Positions 48,952-58,923 of a DNA stretch of 64,000 nt are shown in pieces (the stretch's first letter is position 1; each line of letters opens with the position of its first letter). The notes under the pieces were generated by a model that saw only the letters and a list, made by a program, of their open reading frames with translations, was not told where the DNA came from and did no database searches. The stretch is from IMG/VR virus record IMGVR_UViG_3300029305_001816, positions 1-64,000 of that record. One strand, 5' to 3'. The translations under genes and the position numbers were made by a program. This DNA is from an uncultured virus (IMG/VR IMGVR_UViG_3300029305_001816). Lineage: Duplodnaviria; Heunggongvirae; Uroviricota; Caudoviricetes.

Positions 48952-51870
48952 ATGAGCGAAAATTTTGACGTTGTGTTGACAGCATCTGACAACCCCAATT
49001 TCATTCCGTTAACATCATCTGATGAAATTTATCTTGGTCAGGATGTAGAAACTTGTGTAACCGATGCGATTTATGATTTGATTCAAAATAAAGCCAATCT
49101 GAATCATACTCATTCTGAATATGCTGAACAGTCAGATTTTGAATTGTTAGAAGATGTGGTGAATACTAAGGCTGATTTGACACATACACATACAGAGTAC
49201 GCTTCTACATCTCACACTCATAGCGATTACGCAACCGTTGTGGCGCTTGATACTCTTGAGACAAAGGTTAATGGCAAGGCTAATGTAAATCATAATCATA
49301 CAGAGTATGCATCAATTTCTCATACTCATGACGAATATGCGCCTGTTTCTCATACTCATACTGAATATGCTCTTTCTTCTCATGCTCATGATGATTATGC
49401 GTCCTCCTCACATATCCATAGTGAGTATTCAGTTGTTGGTCACGACCATGATGAGGACTATTCCGCAATTAGTCATACTCACAGTGATTATGCGACTACA
49501 ACTGCCCTAGATGAAGTTTCTGCTGTGGTTTCTGGTAAAGCAAATGCATCTCATAATCACGATAATGTTTATTACACAGAGACTGAGGTGGATGCTAAGC
49601 TTGCTACTAAGGCAAATGCTTCTCATACTCATGATAATGTATATGATGTAAGCGGTGCTGCCGCTAATGCTTTGACATCTGCCAATGCTTATACGGATTC
49701 TAAGATTAATGCTTTAGTTGGAGAAGGTGCAAGCACTACTCTTGATACAATTGGCGAAATTTCTTCTGCAATTGAAGAGAATCAGGACATGATTGATACT
49801 CTTAATGCGGCAATTGCAAATAAAGCAAATGTATCTGATTTAACTGCTCATACTGGCAATACAACAATTCATGTGACTTCCACAGAGAGAAACAATTGGG
49901 ATATTGCAAAAGTTCATGCTGATTCTGCTCACGCTCCTTCTAATGCAGAAGCAAACCAGAATGCTTTTAGCAATATTGTTGTCGGAAATACGACTATTGC
50001 TGCCGACACAAAGACCGATACTCTTACATTGATAGCTGGTAATAATGTGACATTAACAGCAAATGCTAGTGGCGATAGCGTTACAATTGCATCTGCTAAT
50101 ACGACTTATTCACTTGCTACACAGGCTGCTTCTGGTCTTATGAGTGCAACAGATAAAGGCAAGTTGGATAGCATTGCAGAGGGTGCTAATAATTATACCC
50201 TCCCTTCCGCTGGTACTTCCCTTGGTGGTGTAAAAACTGGTGGTGACGTAACCATTTCTTCTGGTGTTATTACCGTCAATGATGATTCTCATAATCATAT
50301 TATCTCTAATATTGATGGTTTGCAGAGTGCATTAGATGGTAAGGCCGCAAGTGGTCATAACCATGACAGTGTTTATTATACTCAAGCTGAAGTAGACACT
50401 CTTCTTTCTGGTAAAGCAGCTAGTTCTCATACCCATAGTTACGCTGGCTCTTCTTCTGCTGGTGGCGCAGCTACAAGTGCAAATAAATTGAACACGAATG
50501 CTGGCTCTGCAACTCAACCAGTTTATTTTGCAAATGGTGTGCCTGTCAAAACAACTTATACATTGGGTGCATCTGTTCCAAGTGGTGCTAAGTTTACAGA
50601 TACAACATATGGTGTTGCTACTACTTCTGCTGCTGGTCTAATGAGCAAGGAAGATAAGGCTAAATTAAATGGCATTGCAAGTGGTGCTAATGCATATTCT
50701 TTACCTGCTGCTGGCTCTTCTTTGGGCGGTGTTAAGTCTGGTGGCGATGTTACAATTTCAAGTGGTACAATTACCGTTAACGACGATTCTCACAATCATA
50801 TTATTTCTAACGTTGACGGATTACAGTCTGCTCTTGATAACAAAGCAGCGACTAGTCACTCTCATACAAATTATGCCAATGTTTCTCACAAGCATTATGC
50901 AGTTGGCACTTCTCAAACAGGATTAGATTTGAACAACTATACAGATGCAGGTGTTTATACATTTACAAATGCGTCTGCTCCTACTAATGTCCCAGCAGGA
51001 ACAAATGGTTGGCTCGTTGTAATGCCTTGGGAAGAGGGTTCTGATACAATTAAGCAGTTGTGGTTCAGACATGGTACTGTTGGAAGTAATGACTTTGAAA
51101 CATATGTAAGAACCAGAATTGGAACAAATGAATGGGGTTCTTGGAGTAAGTATTATACAACAAGCAATCCTCCTACATATGCAGAAGTCGGCGCTTCTCC
51201 TGCATTTACTAATACTAATGGTGGCGTAAAGTATTCTTATAACACCAGCTCTGGAAAGAATCTGTTAGATGAAATTAACGTTATGCCACAGGGAGTGCAC
51301 ACCATATATTCTCAAGCTGGCGTTGCAGGAAATCCAAAGACAACAGAGGCATGGAGACTTTTAGTTCATAAAACTTCTGCCACAATCGGATGGATTACTG
51401 GTTTTGGCTCTTCTGGTAGTATTTATACCAATTATCAAAATGCGGCTGGCTCTTTCACTGGCTGGGTTTGTTTGCATGAAGCAACAAATAGTATGATTCT
51501 TTGGAGCGGAACGTCTTATTTGACAAGCACAGATGGAACTCCTCAGACAGTAACTCCATCCAAACCCTTGTCTGAATGTCGTGCTGGTTGGATGTTATTG
51601 TGGTCTGACTACGACCCCGGTAGCGGTGCTAACGACACTGACTTCTCTACCACATTTATTCCCAAGTTCAATCCTTCTGGTGGCACATGGGGTGGTAAGG
51701 CATTCTATTGTTCTATTCCTACTTATGTCGGCGGCGATGCAAGTGATGTTAGTACGGAAATTAGAGTTATTAAACCAGTATATGTACATGATAATAAATT
51801 AGTGGGTAGCTATCAAAATACAAGCGGTGGTAGAAACGACGTTGTATTGCGAGCAGTTTATGAAATTTAA
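48952..51870 (+). CDS. Long tail fibre with His-rich repeats and pyocin-knob-like domains
   Basis: Many HxH units, LDTIGEIS, GLMS..DK.KL, DLNNYT.AGVY..P.GTNGWL; RBS AAGGAGG before ATG 48952. Confidence 0.8.
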   Translation: MSENFDVVLTASDNPNFIPLTSSDEIYLGQDVETCVTDAIYDLIQNKANLNHTHSEYAEQSDFELLEDVVNTKADLTHTHTEYASTSHTHSDYATVVALDTLETKVNGKANVNHNHTEYASISHTHDEYAPVSHTHTEYALSSHAHDDYASSSHIHSEYSVVGHDHDEDYSAISHTHSDYATTTALDEVSAVVSGKANASHNHDNVYYTETEVDAKLATKANASHTHDNVYDVSGAAANALTSANAYTDSKINALVGEGASTTLDTIGEISSAIEENQDMIDTLNAAIANKANVSDLTAHTGNTTIHVTSTERNNWDIAKVHADSAHAPSNAEANQNAFSNIVVGNTTIAADTKTDTLTLIAGNNVTLTANASGDSVTIASANTTYSLATQAASGLMSATDKGKLDSIAEGANNYTLPSAGTSLGGVKTGGDVTISSGVITVNDDSHNHIISNIDGLQSALDGKAASGHNHDSVYYTQAEVDTLLSGKAASSHTHSYAGSSSAGGAATSANKLNTNAGSATQPVYFANGVPVKTTYTLGASVPSGAKFTDTTYGVATTSAAGLMSKEDKAKLNGIASGANAYSLPAAGSSLGGVKSGGDVTISSGTITVNDDSHNHIISNVDGLQSALDNKAATSHSHTNYANVSHKHYAVGTSQTGLDLNNYTDAGVYTFTNASAPTNVPAGTNGWLVVMPWEEGSDTIKQLWFRHGTVGSNDFETYVRTRIGTNEWGSWSKYYTTSNPPTYAEVGASPAFTNTNGGVKYSYNTSSGKNLLDEINVMPQGVHTIYSQAGVAGNPKTTEAWRLLVHKTSATIGWITGFGSSGSIYTNYQNAAGSFTGWVCLHEATNSMILWSGTSYLTSTDGTPQTVTPSKPLSECRAGWMLLWSDYDPGSGANDTDFSTTFIPKFNPSGGTWGGKAFYCSIPTYVGGDASDVSTEIRVIKPVYVHDNKLVGSYQNTSGGRNDVVLRAVYEI

Positions 51871-51904
51871 TTTATATTTTTTTAATTATTAAAGTTATAC
51901 AAAT

Positions 51905-51937
51905 AATGGCGGTAGTTGTATTTAACTACCGCCATTT
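51905..51937 (+). terminator. Hairpin terminator preceded by a half element (51881-51899)
   Basis: aatggcggtagtt-gtattt-aactaccgccatt. Confidence 0.7.
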
Positions 51938-51972
51938 GAATAAAACAATTTAAATAAGGAGGTAAAAATAAG

Positions 51973-52623
51973 ATGGCAAATACATCGATTTTAGCTGCCT
52001 TTGAAAGAATGTGGCAACACGTAGTAACTGCATTAAGTAATAAGTCAGATACGAATCACTCTCATGACAATGCGACACAAGTTGTATCTGGTTTTTTAAG
52101 TGCAGAAGATAAAACACAATTAGATTATGGTGGTACTTCAATTGTTACAACTTCTGGTAATGGTGCGGCTTATACTGCCACAGTAGATGGAGTAAGCGCT
52201 CTTACTTCTGGTATGAAACTTGTAGTTATTCCTCATACAGTAAGTACAACAACAAATCCGACATTGAATGTTAATGGTTTTGGAGCAAAATACATTCGTA
52301 TGCCTGTTACATATAATACCTCTGCTTCATCTGGCGGAGCATTAAATTCATGGTTAACTGCCAACAAACCGATTACATTGCAGTATGATGGAACATATTG
52401 GAAGACAATTAGTATGCCTCGTCCATCTGCTCAATATTTATATGGCACTGTACCTATTGCAAATGGTGGCACGGGGGCAACAGATGCCGCAACTGCTAGA
52501 ACAAAGCTTGGTATTGTCGATATTCCAGCCGTTACTGCTGATAATGATGGTGCGTTCTTAAGAGTTGTAGACGGTGTTTGGGCTGTATCTACAGTTACCA
52601 ACGCCGAGGAGGTGAGTGTCTAA
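51973..52623 (+). CDS. Short tail fibre protein
   Basis: PTLNVNGFGAK and VPIANGGTGAT..ARTKLG motifs. Confidence 0.7.
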   Translation: MANTSILAAFERMWQHVVTALSNKSDTNHSHDNATQVVSGFLSAEDKTQLDYGGTSIVTTSGNGAAYTATVDGVSALTSGMKLVVIPHTVSTTTNPTLNVNGFGAKYIRMPVTYNTSASSGGALNSWLTANKPITLQYDGTYWKTISMPRPSAQYLYGTVPIANGGTGATDAATARTKLGIVDIPAVTADNDGAFLRVVDGVWAVSTVTNAEEVSV

Positions 52624-53861
52624 TGGCTGAATATTTAATTCAAGATACGACACTTACTGCCATTGGTGATGCAATTCGTACAAAAACCGAGAAGACTAAT
52701 TTGATTCCTGTGTCTGGTATGGCTGATGAAATATTACAGATTTCAAGTGGTGCGGAATTGAATTTTGAAGTTGTTGGTGGCACGACAAAGCCTGCGAATC
52801 CTATTGAGAATACAATCTGGGTCAATACGGAGAATGAAATTACTAGCTGGATTTTCAGTGCCACAGAGCCGTATGGTAATTCTCTTGTAATATCTGCAAA
52901 TCACAGTATCAATAGCAGTTCTACGAAAGTATCCATTGTGGACAACAGTAATAATGCAATTATAGCTTCGCAGACAGTTACAGGCACAACCTATTATTCC
53001 GTATTCACCGATGTAGTAATTTCCTTCACAACTGCGGATGGTTCAAAAGGTACACTGACTTGCTCGGTAAGACAGAACACAACCCCGTTCTTCGTTGGCA
53101 CGGTTGTTGTAGACGGTGTTGCTGTAGGTACTGTTAGTATAGGTACAGGTACAAACAGTTCCTATGCGTGGAACGGTGCACAGACAATTTCTTACACAAA
53201 AAACAGCGCAGAAGACGGTATGGTGTGGATTGTTACCTCTGCTGTATCAGATTTCGAGTTCAATGCCCTGAAAAAGAATGCTGTTCAAGTTTATCCTAAC
53301 TCATTGAAACAATATGTTTCAGGAGAATGGGTGGAAAAGCCTACAGAGTTGTATCAGAACGGTGCATGGACTCAGTTTATCGATAAAGGATATCTGTATT
53401 ATTACAGCCAGCAAAGTTATGAATGGGAAGCGGTAGCGCAAAAATGTGTAAATGCCTCCAACAATGCCGCAGTTGCTCCCGTGCCCTATTATAATTCCGA
53501 TGGTTCTGTAAAAATATCCTTTACTCCCCTAAGCGGTTCTAGGTGCTCAGGTATTTTCTGGCTTGCCGAGGATTTTGATTTAACAAATTACTCTACATTG
53601 GAAATATCGTTAGGAGAATGCTACAAACCAAGTGTTCAGATTATGCTGGTTGTTACCAAACGTAACACATACTGGGGAACTGACTCGACCTATAGCTCTG
53701 GAACAGCTTACGCATATCTTAATATTACCACTGCACTGTCCAATACAATCCAAACGCTTGATGTGTCTGGCATTTCCGGAGAAAAGTGTATCGGAATCGG
53801 ATTCAATGAAGGCTCTGCATGTTACGCAACGATGAATTATCTTAAAGCAAAATCTGATTAA
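52623..53861 (+). CDS. Receptor-binding/adhesin protein
   Basis: Likely start ATG 52623 (TAATG overlap): MAEYLIQDTTLTAIGDAIR; beta-rich; DLTNYSTL C-terminal motif. Confidence 0.7.
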   Translation: MAEYLIQDTTLTAIGDAIRTKTEKTNLIPVSGMADEILQISSGAELNFEVVGGTTKPANPIENTIWVNTENEITSWIFSATEPYGNSLVISANHSINSSSTKVSIVDNSNNAIIASQTVTGTTYYSVFTDVVISFTTADGSKGTLTCSVRQNTTPFFVGTVVVDGVAVGTVSIGTGTNSSYAWNGAQTISYTKNSAEDGMVWIVTSAVSDFEFNALKKNAVQVYPNSLKQYVSGEWVEKPTELYQNGAWTQFIDKGYLYYYSQQSYEWEAVAQKCVNASNNAAVAPVPYYNSDGSVKISFTPLSGSRCSGIFWLAEDFDLTNYSTLEISLGECYKPSVQIMLVVTKRNTYWGTDSTYSSGTAYAYLNITTALSNTIQTLDVSGISGEKCIGIGFNEGSACYATMNYLKAKSD

Positions 53862-53876
53862 GCGAGGTATATTATT

Positions 53877-54164
53877 ATGTTTTACATTGATTCTGAATAT
53901 AAATGCCACGCAACAAATCCCAATGGCGAGTACAGAGCTATAGATAAGGAACTGTTTAATGGCATGAGCGACACCTTCATTGAGGGCTATCGGTATATCC
54001 CTGAAGGTGAAAGCTGGACACGCTCTGACGGTGTTACCTTCAAGGGCGAAATGGTTGCACCGTGGAAGCCCTACAATGAACTGGATACGGCACAGCGAGA
54101 ATATGAAAGAGAAAAACTTACTGAATGCACAGAAGCGTTACAGGTACTGGGGGTAGAAGTATGA
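53877..54164 (+). CDS. Fibre-associated small protein
   Basis: 95 aa, directly follows the adhesin gene. Confidence 0.7.
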   Translation: MFYIDSEYKCHATNPNGEYRAIDKELFNGMSDTFIEGYRYIPEGESWTRSDGVTFKGEMVAPWKPYNELDTAQREYEREKLTECTEALQVLGVEV

Positions 54165-54601
54165 CGATTTTAGAACAAGTTCAGGCAATTAGAGACGCTA
54201 TGGATAAGGCAGGTATTTTTCTAACCTCTGCACAGGCTGCAAGTGTAAAATACTTATTCAAGCCTTGGAGAGCAATTGATGACAACGACGTTGCAATCCA
54301 TTTTAACGTTGGTGATAGACGTAGATATGGCGAGTTTGTGTACGAGTGCCGTCAGGAGCATGATGCTGAAGCACACAACACTCCTGACATGATTCCTGCG
54401 TTGTGGTTGAAACTTGATGTTGAACACGCTGGCACTTTAGAAGACCCAATTCCATACTCTACTGGTATGGAGATTTTCAACGGTAAATATTATATTGAAA
54501 ATGAGATTCTATATCTATGCAACAGAGATAGCGGTACTCCTCTTTATCACGACATGTCTGCATTGGTTGGTCTATATGTCGAAGTGGTCGTGGCTGAATA
54601 A
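54161..54601 (+). CDS. Small protein with carbohydrate-binding (CBM5/12-like) repeats
   Basis: W..F.VGDRR.Y..YECRQ.H..TPD..PALW and DPIPY..GM..GKYY..YLC; ATGA overlap start at 54161. Confidence 0.65.
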   Translation: MTILEQVQAIRDAMDKAGIFLTSAQAASVKYLFKPWRAIDDNDVAIHFNVGDRRRYGEFVYECRQEHDAEAHNTPDMIPALWLKLDVEHAGTLEDPIPYSTGMEIFNGKYYIENEILYLCNRDSGTPLYHDMSALVGLYVEVVVAE

Positions 54602-54645
54602 TATTTGTAAAATAGATTGATAACTAATAAATTAATAAAGTTATA

Positions 54646-54677
54646 AGGGTGGCATATTTAATGCCACCCTGTTTTTT
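54646..54677 (+). terminator. Intrinsic terminator abutting a half element (54627-54645)
   Basis: agggtggcat-attta-atgccaccct followed by gtttttt. Confidence 0.8.
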
Positions 54678-54725
54678 GTTAAAATAAAAGGCTTTGTTAA
54701 AAGTTTGAAAAGGAGTGTGAATTAA

Positions 54726-55211
54726 ATGCCTCGTTTATACGTAAATGAAGGAGAAGGTACAAAGGTCAAAGTCAAAAGAACATGGTCAAACCATAGTTAT
54801 CACGAAGGTGGCTGGGGTACTAGCAATTTTTGTGATGGTATTATGTATAATGATGGCGAATATGTCAGAGATAACACAATTTGGTATGGAACAGACGTAT
54901 TTATGTTTTATGTTGAAGCAAAAGAAGGATATGAGCTTGATTATTATAGCTTTGGATTACAAGAGTGGCCTTTTTTGCTTAAGAATTTTTCTTATGCTCC
55001 AAGTACGGACGGTTTAATAAGATATACATTGACATATGACGGTGATGCTAGTATCACTACTAGTGCAACACCTATTGCAACTACTCGCATTTATGATGGG
55101 AATAGTTCTAGTTGGAATAGATATGCTATTTATATATACGATGCAAGTTCTGGTTGGCAAAGATATACTCCATATGTTTATGATGGTTCTGATTGGAGTA
55201 GATATAGTTAA
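54726..55211 (+). CDS. Aromatic-rich hypothetical fibre-tip protein
   Basis: 161 aa, C-terminal YD.SS.W.RY repeats. Confidence 0.6.
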   Translation: MPRLYVNEGEGTKVKVKRTWSNHSYHEGGWGTSNFCDGIMYNDGEYVRDNTIWYGTDVFMFYVEAKEGYELDYYSFGLQEWPFLLKNFSYAPSTDGLIRYTLTYDGDASITTSATPIATTRIYDGNSSSWNRYAIYIYDASSGWQRYTPYVYDGSDWSRYS

Positions 55212-55229
55212 GTAATCGAGGGTGTATAT

Positions 55230-55469
55230 ATGTTATTAACAAAAATAACAAATTATATTAAACAGATGTTTTGTCGTCCTAAGTATTATAATGAAAAATA
55301 TGGTTTGTATAATATTGTTGGCATCAAATATCGAATTGATTATTTAAAGGCAGATGCATTAATCGTTACAGATGATGGAATATGGTATAAAGTACCTTAT
55401 ATTTGGTTAATAAAAAACTCAATGGATGAAAATGGACATCCTGTTCAGATAAATAATAAATGGATTTAA
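55230..55469 (+). CDS. Hypothetical protein
   Basis: 79 aa, RBS GAGGG. Confidence 0.55.
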   Translation: MLLTKITNYIKQMFCRPKYYNEKYGLYNIVGIKYRIDYLKADALIVTDDGIWYKVPYIWLIKNSMDENGHPVQINNKWI

Positions 55470-55556
55470 TTATTTATAAAATATAAATATATAACTAATA
55501 AAAAATGAAATTATGAAACTGCCATAAGCAAAACTATAAATAAAATGGAAGGGTGA

Positions 55557-55841
55557 TTGATAATGGCAGAGACTAAAGACAAAGTTGTTACTGTAGAATC
55601 TTTGTCAGTTTTACATGAACACAATAAAGGGACTTACATGCCAATGGTTAACCCTGTTGGCAGTGGAACAATGACAATAGATGGTGATGGGAGCTTTTCT
55701 GGAAATTTAAATGTAAGCTCTATAACCATAAGTTCAAATGTGAAATTAATTCCCAATGAAGATGGGATTGAAATAGTATTCTTAAATCAAAATACAACAA
55801 CAGAAGAAACGTCTGAAGAAGAAATTGTAGAAGAAAGTTGA
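55557..55841 (+). CDS. Small fibre-associated protein
   Basis: 94 aa with acidic tail. Confidence 0.6.
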   Translation: MIMAETKDKVVTVESLSVLHEHNKGTYMPMVNPVGSGTMTIDGDGSFSGNLNVSSITISSNVKLIPNEDGIEIVFLNQNTTTEETSEEEIVEES

Positions 55842-55853
55842 TGGTGATGTTTA

Positions 55854-57356
55854 ATGGCAACTGTTTCTAAGTGGACTCCATTTGGAGTTGCTTTAAATAT
55901 TACTGCAACTGGCAGCACTGTAACTAGAAAATCTGCTACTCAATATACAGTGAAAATTAATGTTTCTTGGGAGACTTATTGGGATGGAGCTAAAACAAAT
56001 TACGGTATGACAGCTTCATCTGGTGGCGTTACTAAAACTATAAGTGCATTTGATGGCACTAAAAGAAGTAGTGGAAGCAGTTCTTTTACAGGTACATATT
56101 CTATTAGCGGAAATGGTTCTGCAACAAAAACAATTACTGTTACTTTTAAAAACTTTAATACGGATAACGATGATTCAGCTACTAAGACCGTAAGTTTTAG
56201 CGTAGCCGTTCCTGCTTGGACTTCTTACACAGTTAAATACAACGCCAATGGTGGCTCTGGCGCTCCTTCTAGTCAAACAAAATGGAAAGACCAAACTCTT
56301 AAACTTTCAACTACTAAACCGACAAGAACTGGATATACCTTTCAAGGCTGGGGAACTTCCACTAGCGATACAAGTATAGACTATGCTGCTGGTGCAAATT
56401 ATACAACGAACGCAAGTATTACTTTGTATGCCATCTGGAAAGCGATTACTTACACAGTTAAATACAACGCCAATGGTGGCTCTGGTGCTCCTGCTAGTCA
56501 AACAAAAACATACGGTAAGTCCTTGACTTTAAGCACGACAAAGCCAACAAGAACGTCTGTAGATGATAATGGTACTTTGACAACATACACATTTAAAGGT
56601 TGGGCTACTTCCGCTACATCAACTTCTGTCGCTTATAAAGCTGGTGCGAGTTATACAGCAAATGCCGCAATTACTTTATATGCTGTTTGGAGTAAAACAG
56701 TTTCTACAAGTACGTTCGATGTTTCATATAACACCAATGGTGGCTCAGAAGTTATATCTCAAATAAAAATTAATGGAGAAACACTTGTATTAAGAAGTAC
56801 GGTTCCTGTTAAAAATGGATATACATTTGTTGGATGGGGCTTATCTGCTGATTCTACCACTGTTTCTTATTCTGCTGGCGGAGATTATACGCTAGATGAA
56901 GACATTGTTTTATATGCTATTTGGACTCCTTGGAGTCATACAGTTGCTTTCGATGCAAATGGTGGAACAGGAAGTTTGCCAGAAAGCTTTATTGCAACTA
57001 CTGGAACAGACGATATAATAATTCCAAATTGTTCTCTTACTAATGGAAATTATGTGTTTAAATATTGGTCTACTACCCCTAGTGGTTCTGGCGGAAAGAA
57101 GTATTATGTTGGCGACGGTTATACTGGTGTAAAAAATGGTGGAACAGTTACTCTTTATGCGGTTTGGGATGAAACCAATATCTATTTATATGCCAATGGA
57201 CAATGTAAGGCAAGTGAATTCATTGAAGATAATTCGTATAGTTTTAATAGTGATGGCACAATTCATTATGCCCAATTTATAGAGGGTAGTCCGTCTATTA
57301 ATTTTAATTCAACGGCTTTTTATGCGGCAGAATTATTGGAGCGCATCATTGTGTAA
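55854..57356 (+). CDS. Adhesin-like protein with four InlB B-repeat (Listeria-Bacteroides repeat) domains
   Basis: YTVKYNANGGSGAP...PTRTGYTFQGW...ITLYAIW repeated four times. Confidence 0.85.
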   Translation: MATVSKWTPFGVALNITATGSTVTRKSATQYTVKINVSWETYWDGAKTNYGMTASSGGVTKTISAFDGTKRSSGSSSFTGTYSISGNGSATKTITVTFKNFNTDNDDSATKTVSFSVAVPAWTSYTVKYNANGGSGAPSSQTKWKDQTLKLSTTKPTRTGYTFQGWGTSTSDTSIDYAAGANYTTNASITLYAIWKAITYTVKYNANGGSGAPASQTKTYGKSLTLSTTKPTRTSVDDNGTLTTYTFKGWATSATSTSVAYKAGASYTANAAITLYAVWSKTVSTSTFDVSYNTNGGSEVISQIKINGETLVLRSTVPVKNGYTFVGWGLSADSTTVSYSAGGDYTLDEDIVLYAIWTPWSHTVAFDANGGTGSLPESFIATTGTDDIIIPNCSLTNGNYVFKYWSTTPSGSGGKKYYVGDGYTGVKNGGTVTLYAVWDETNIYLYANGQCKASEFIEDNSYSFNSDGTIHYAQFIEGSPSINFNSTAFYAAELLERIIV

Positions 57357-57381
57357 TAATATATTTTATGGAGGTATATGA

Positions 57382-57834
57382 ATGGCGAATAAAAGAATAA
57401 CAGATGTTGATTATATAGATAAATTAGACCCAAACGATTCTATTTTTGTAAACTCAGATAATGCTATTAAACAGGTTCCCAGCGGAAGTATTATTATCCC
57501 TGTTGAGAACGGCGGAACTGGTGTCAGCACTACAGAAGAAATTATAGAAACGCTCGGTTTAAGTCCACTTGCTACTACAAACATTGTGCCTGTCACAAAG
57601 GGAGGTACTGGCGCTGTCAATGCTACTGCTGCCAGAGCTAATTTAGGATTAGGCCCTCTTGCCGCCATAGACGTAGTACCAGTTGCTAATGGTGGTACTG
57701 GTGCGGCTGAAGGAAACGTTGGTCTTGCAAATTTATTTGCTTCTGGCATTACAACTTTAACATATGGCTTGCAATATGGTGACACTCTCCCCTCTTCTGG
57801 TATTGAGGGGCAAATTTTCTTTGTGAAAATTTAA
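57382..57834 (+). CDS. Short fibre protein with VPVxxGGTG repeats
   Basis: Three [IV]PVxxGGTG units; MANKRITD N-terminus. Confidence 0.7.
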   Translation: MANKRITDVDYIDKLDPNDSIFVNSDNAIKQVPSGSIIIPVENGGTGVSTTEEIIETLGLSPLATTNIVPVTKGGTGAVNATAARANLGLGPLAAIDVVPVANGGTGAAEGNVGLANLFASGITTLTYGLQYGDTLPSSGIEGQIFFVKI

Positions 57835-57848
57835 CTTAAAGAGGTGAT

Positions 57849-58445
57849 TTGGCAATGGCACAATTAAAAGATAGTATAATTGATGGAAACTTAGAAGTTA
57901 CTGGTGAAGTAATTTTAAAAACAAATAACAATGGTATAAAAAGCATTCATCCTGATACTGGTGAAGTGCATAAATTGCTTCATATGAGTCAATTTGGCAA
58001 TACAATACTTGGTTATGACGGATATGTCAATGCAAATGGAAACTCTCATATATATGGAAATGATATCGTTAATTATATTGCATCTGCTGGCAATGTAGAG
58101 TTTAGACCTTATTATAGAGCCGGGGATGTTTTAAGTTTTCAATATAGAGGCGCAGGATATGTTACTAATAGCGGAAAAAATGTAGTGTTTACAATTCCGA
58201 TTACAAAGCCTGTAATTGGCGCTCCTACAGCAACTGCTGAAAGTGGCAGCGGTTTTGTGTTAAGACAGAATAATAATTATACTCATGGTTCTGCTGCGAG
58301 TACTTATGTGAAGCCTACGAGCTATTCTATAGATGCAAATTATAATAGTGGATTTATCGTAACAGCAGTTTTTGATGATACGACAAATGTTATTAATAAT
58401 AATGCTATCGGTATTTATTGGGATGGTACTATAACATTAAGTTAA
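57849..58445 (+). CDS. Fibre tip/receptor-binding domain protein
   Basis: 198 aa, beta-rich, last gene of the late operon. Confidence 0.6.
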   Translation: MAMAQLKDSIIDGNLEVTGEVILKTNNNGIKSIHPDTGEVHKLLHMSQFGNTILGYDGYVNANGNSHIYGNDIVNYIASAGNVEFRPYYRAGDVLSFQYRGAGYVTNSGKNVVFTIPITKPVIGAPTATAESGSGFVLRQNNNYTHGSAASTYVKPTSYSIDANYNSGFIVTAVFDDTTNVINNNAIGIYWDGTITLS

Positions 58446-58462
58446 AATTAAGATAAAATTTT

Positions 58463-58497
58463 AGGAAACATGATAATATTCATGTTTCCTTTTTTTT
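58463..58497 (+). terminator. Terminator ending the late region
   Basis: aggaaacatg-ataatatt-catgtttcct followed by ttttttt. Confidence 0.85.
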
Positions 58498-58624
58498 ACG
58501 ATTTTTCATTTTGTTTATTTATGTTTTTCTCACCATATTTTCTTGCAAAGTATTCAGCTAGTCTATTTATATTTATTTTTTTATTTTCTATAACTTTAAT
58601 TGTTATTTCTCTTTCTTTTCGCAT
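58496..58624 (-). CDS. 42-aa basic protein divergent from the serine integrase (candidate RDF)
   Basis: Minus-strand RBS AAGGAGAAGGA; MRKEREITIKVIENKKININRLAEYFARKYGEKNINKQNEKS*. Confidence 0.6.
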   Translation of the reverse strand: MRKEREITIKVIENKKININRLAEYFARKYGEKNINKQNEKS

Positions 58625-58779
58625 AGTCCTTCTCCTTATCCTCTCTTTATTTTATATAACCTTATTGGTTATGTATTTAAGTAAATATCAGACATTGATT
58701 AACTTTTGTCGGATATTTACTTAAGTGTGTATTTGTGAATGTATGCATATTTATTATATTAAAATAATAATTTTATATT

Positions 58780-58815
58780 GTCAATATACGGGCTATAGTC
58801 AATATACGGGCTATA
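58780..58815. repeat. Perfect 18-bp tandem duplication
   Basis: gtcaatatacgggctata twice. Confidence 0.95.
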
Positions 58816-58904
58816 TTTTTATTTTTATCAGACCTTTTTATTTCTCTTATTGTGAATATTATGTTAATATTAAATTAAGCAATAGGAGGTGGTTATCATG
58901 TGAT

Positions 58905-58923
58905 TATAACTAAGAAAGTTATA
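58905..58923 (+). promoter_or_regulatory. TATAAC-N7-GTTATA element (perfect arms) upstream of the integrase
   Basis: tataac-taagaaa-gttata; inverted near-copies at 58589-58607 and 58655-58673. Confidence 0.65.

Noticed and set aside
36498..58445. Invertible shufflon or complete DGR in the fibre region
   Set aside because: All fibre genes are on one strand, with no inverted cassettes, reverse transcriptase or template repeat seen
58470..58913. Plus-strand hydrophobic ORFs of 84 and 62 aa
   Set aside because: T-rich low-complexity frames; the first starts inside a terminator and overlaps the better-supported minus-strand 42-aa ORF, the second spans the putative promoter region
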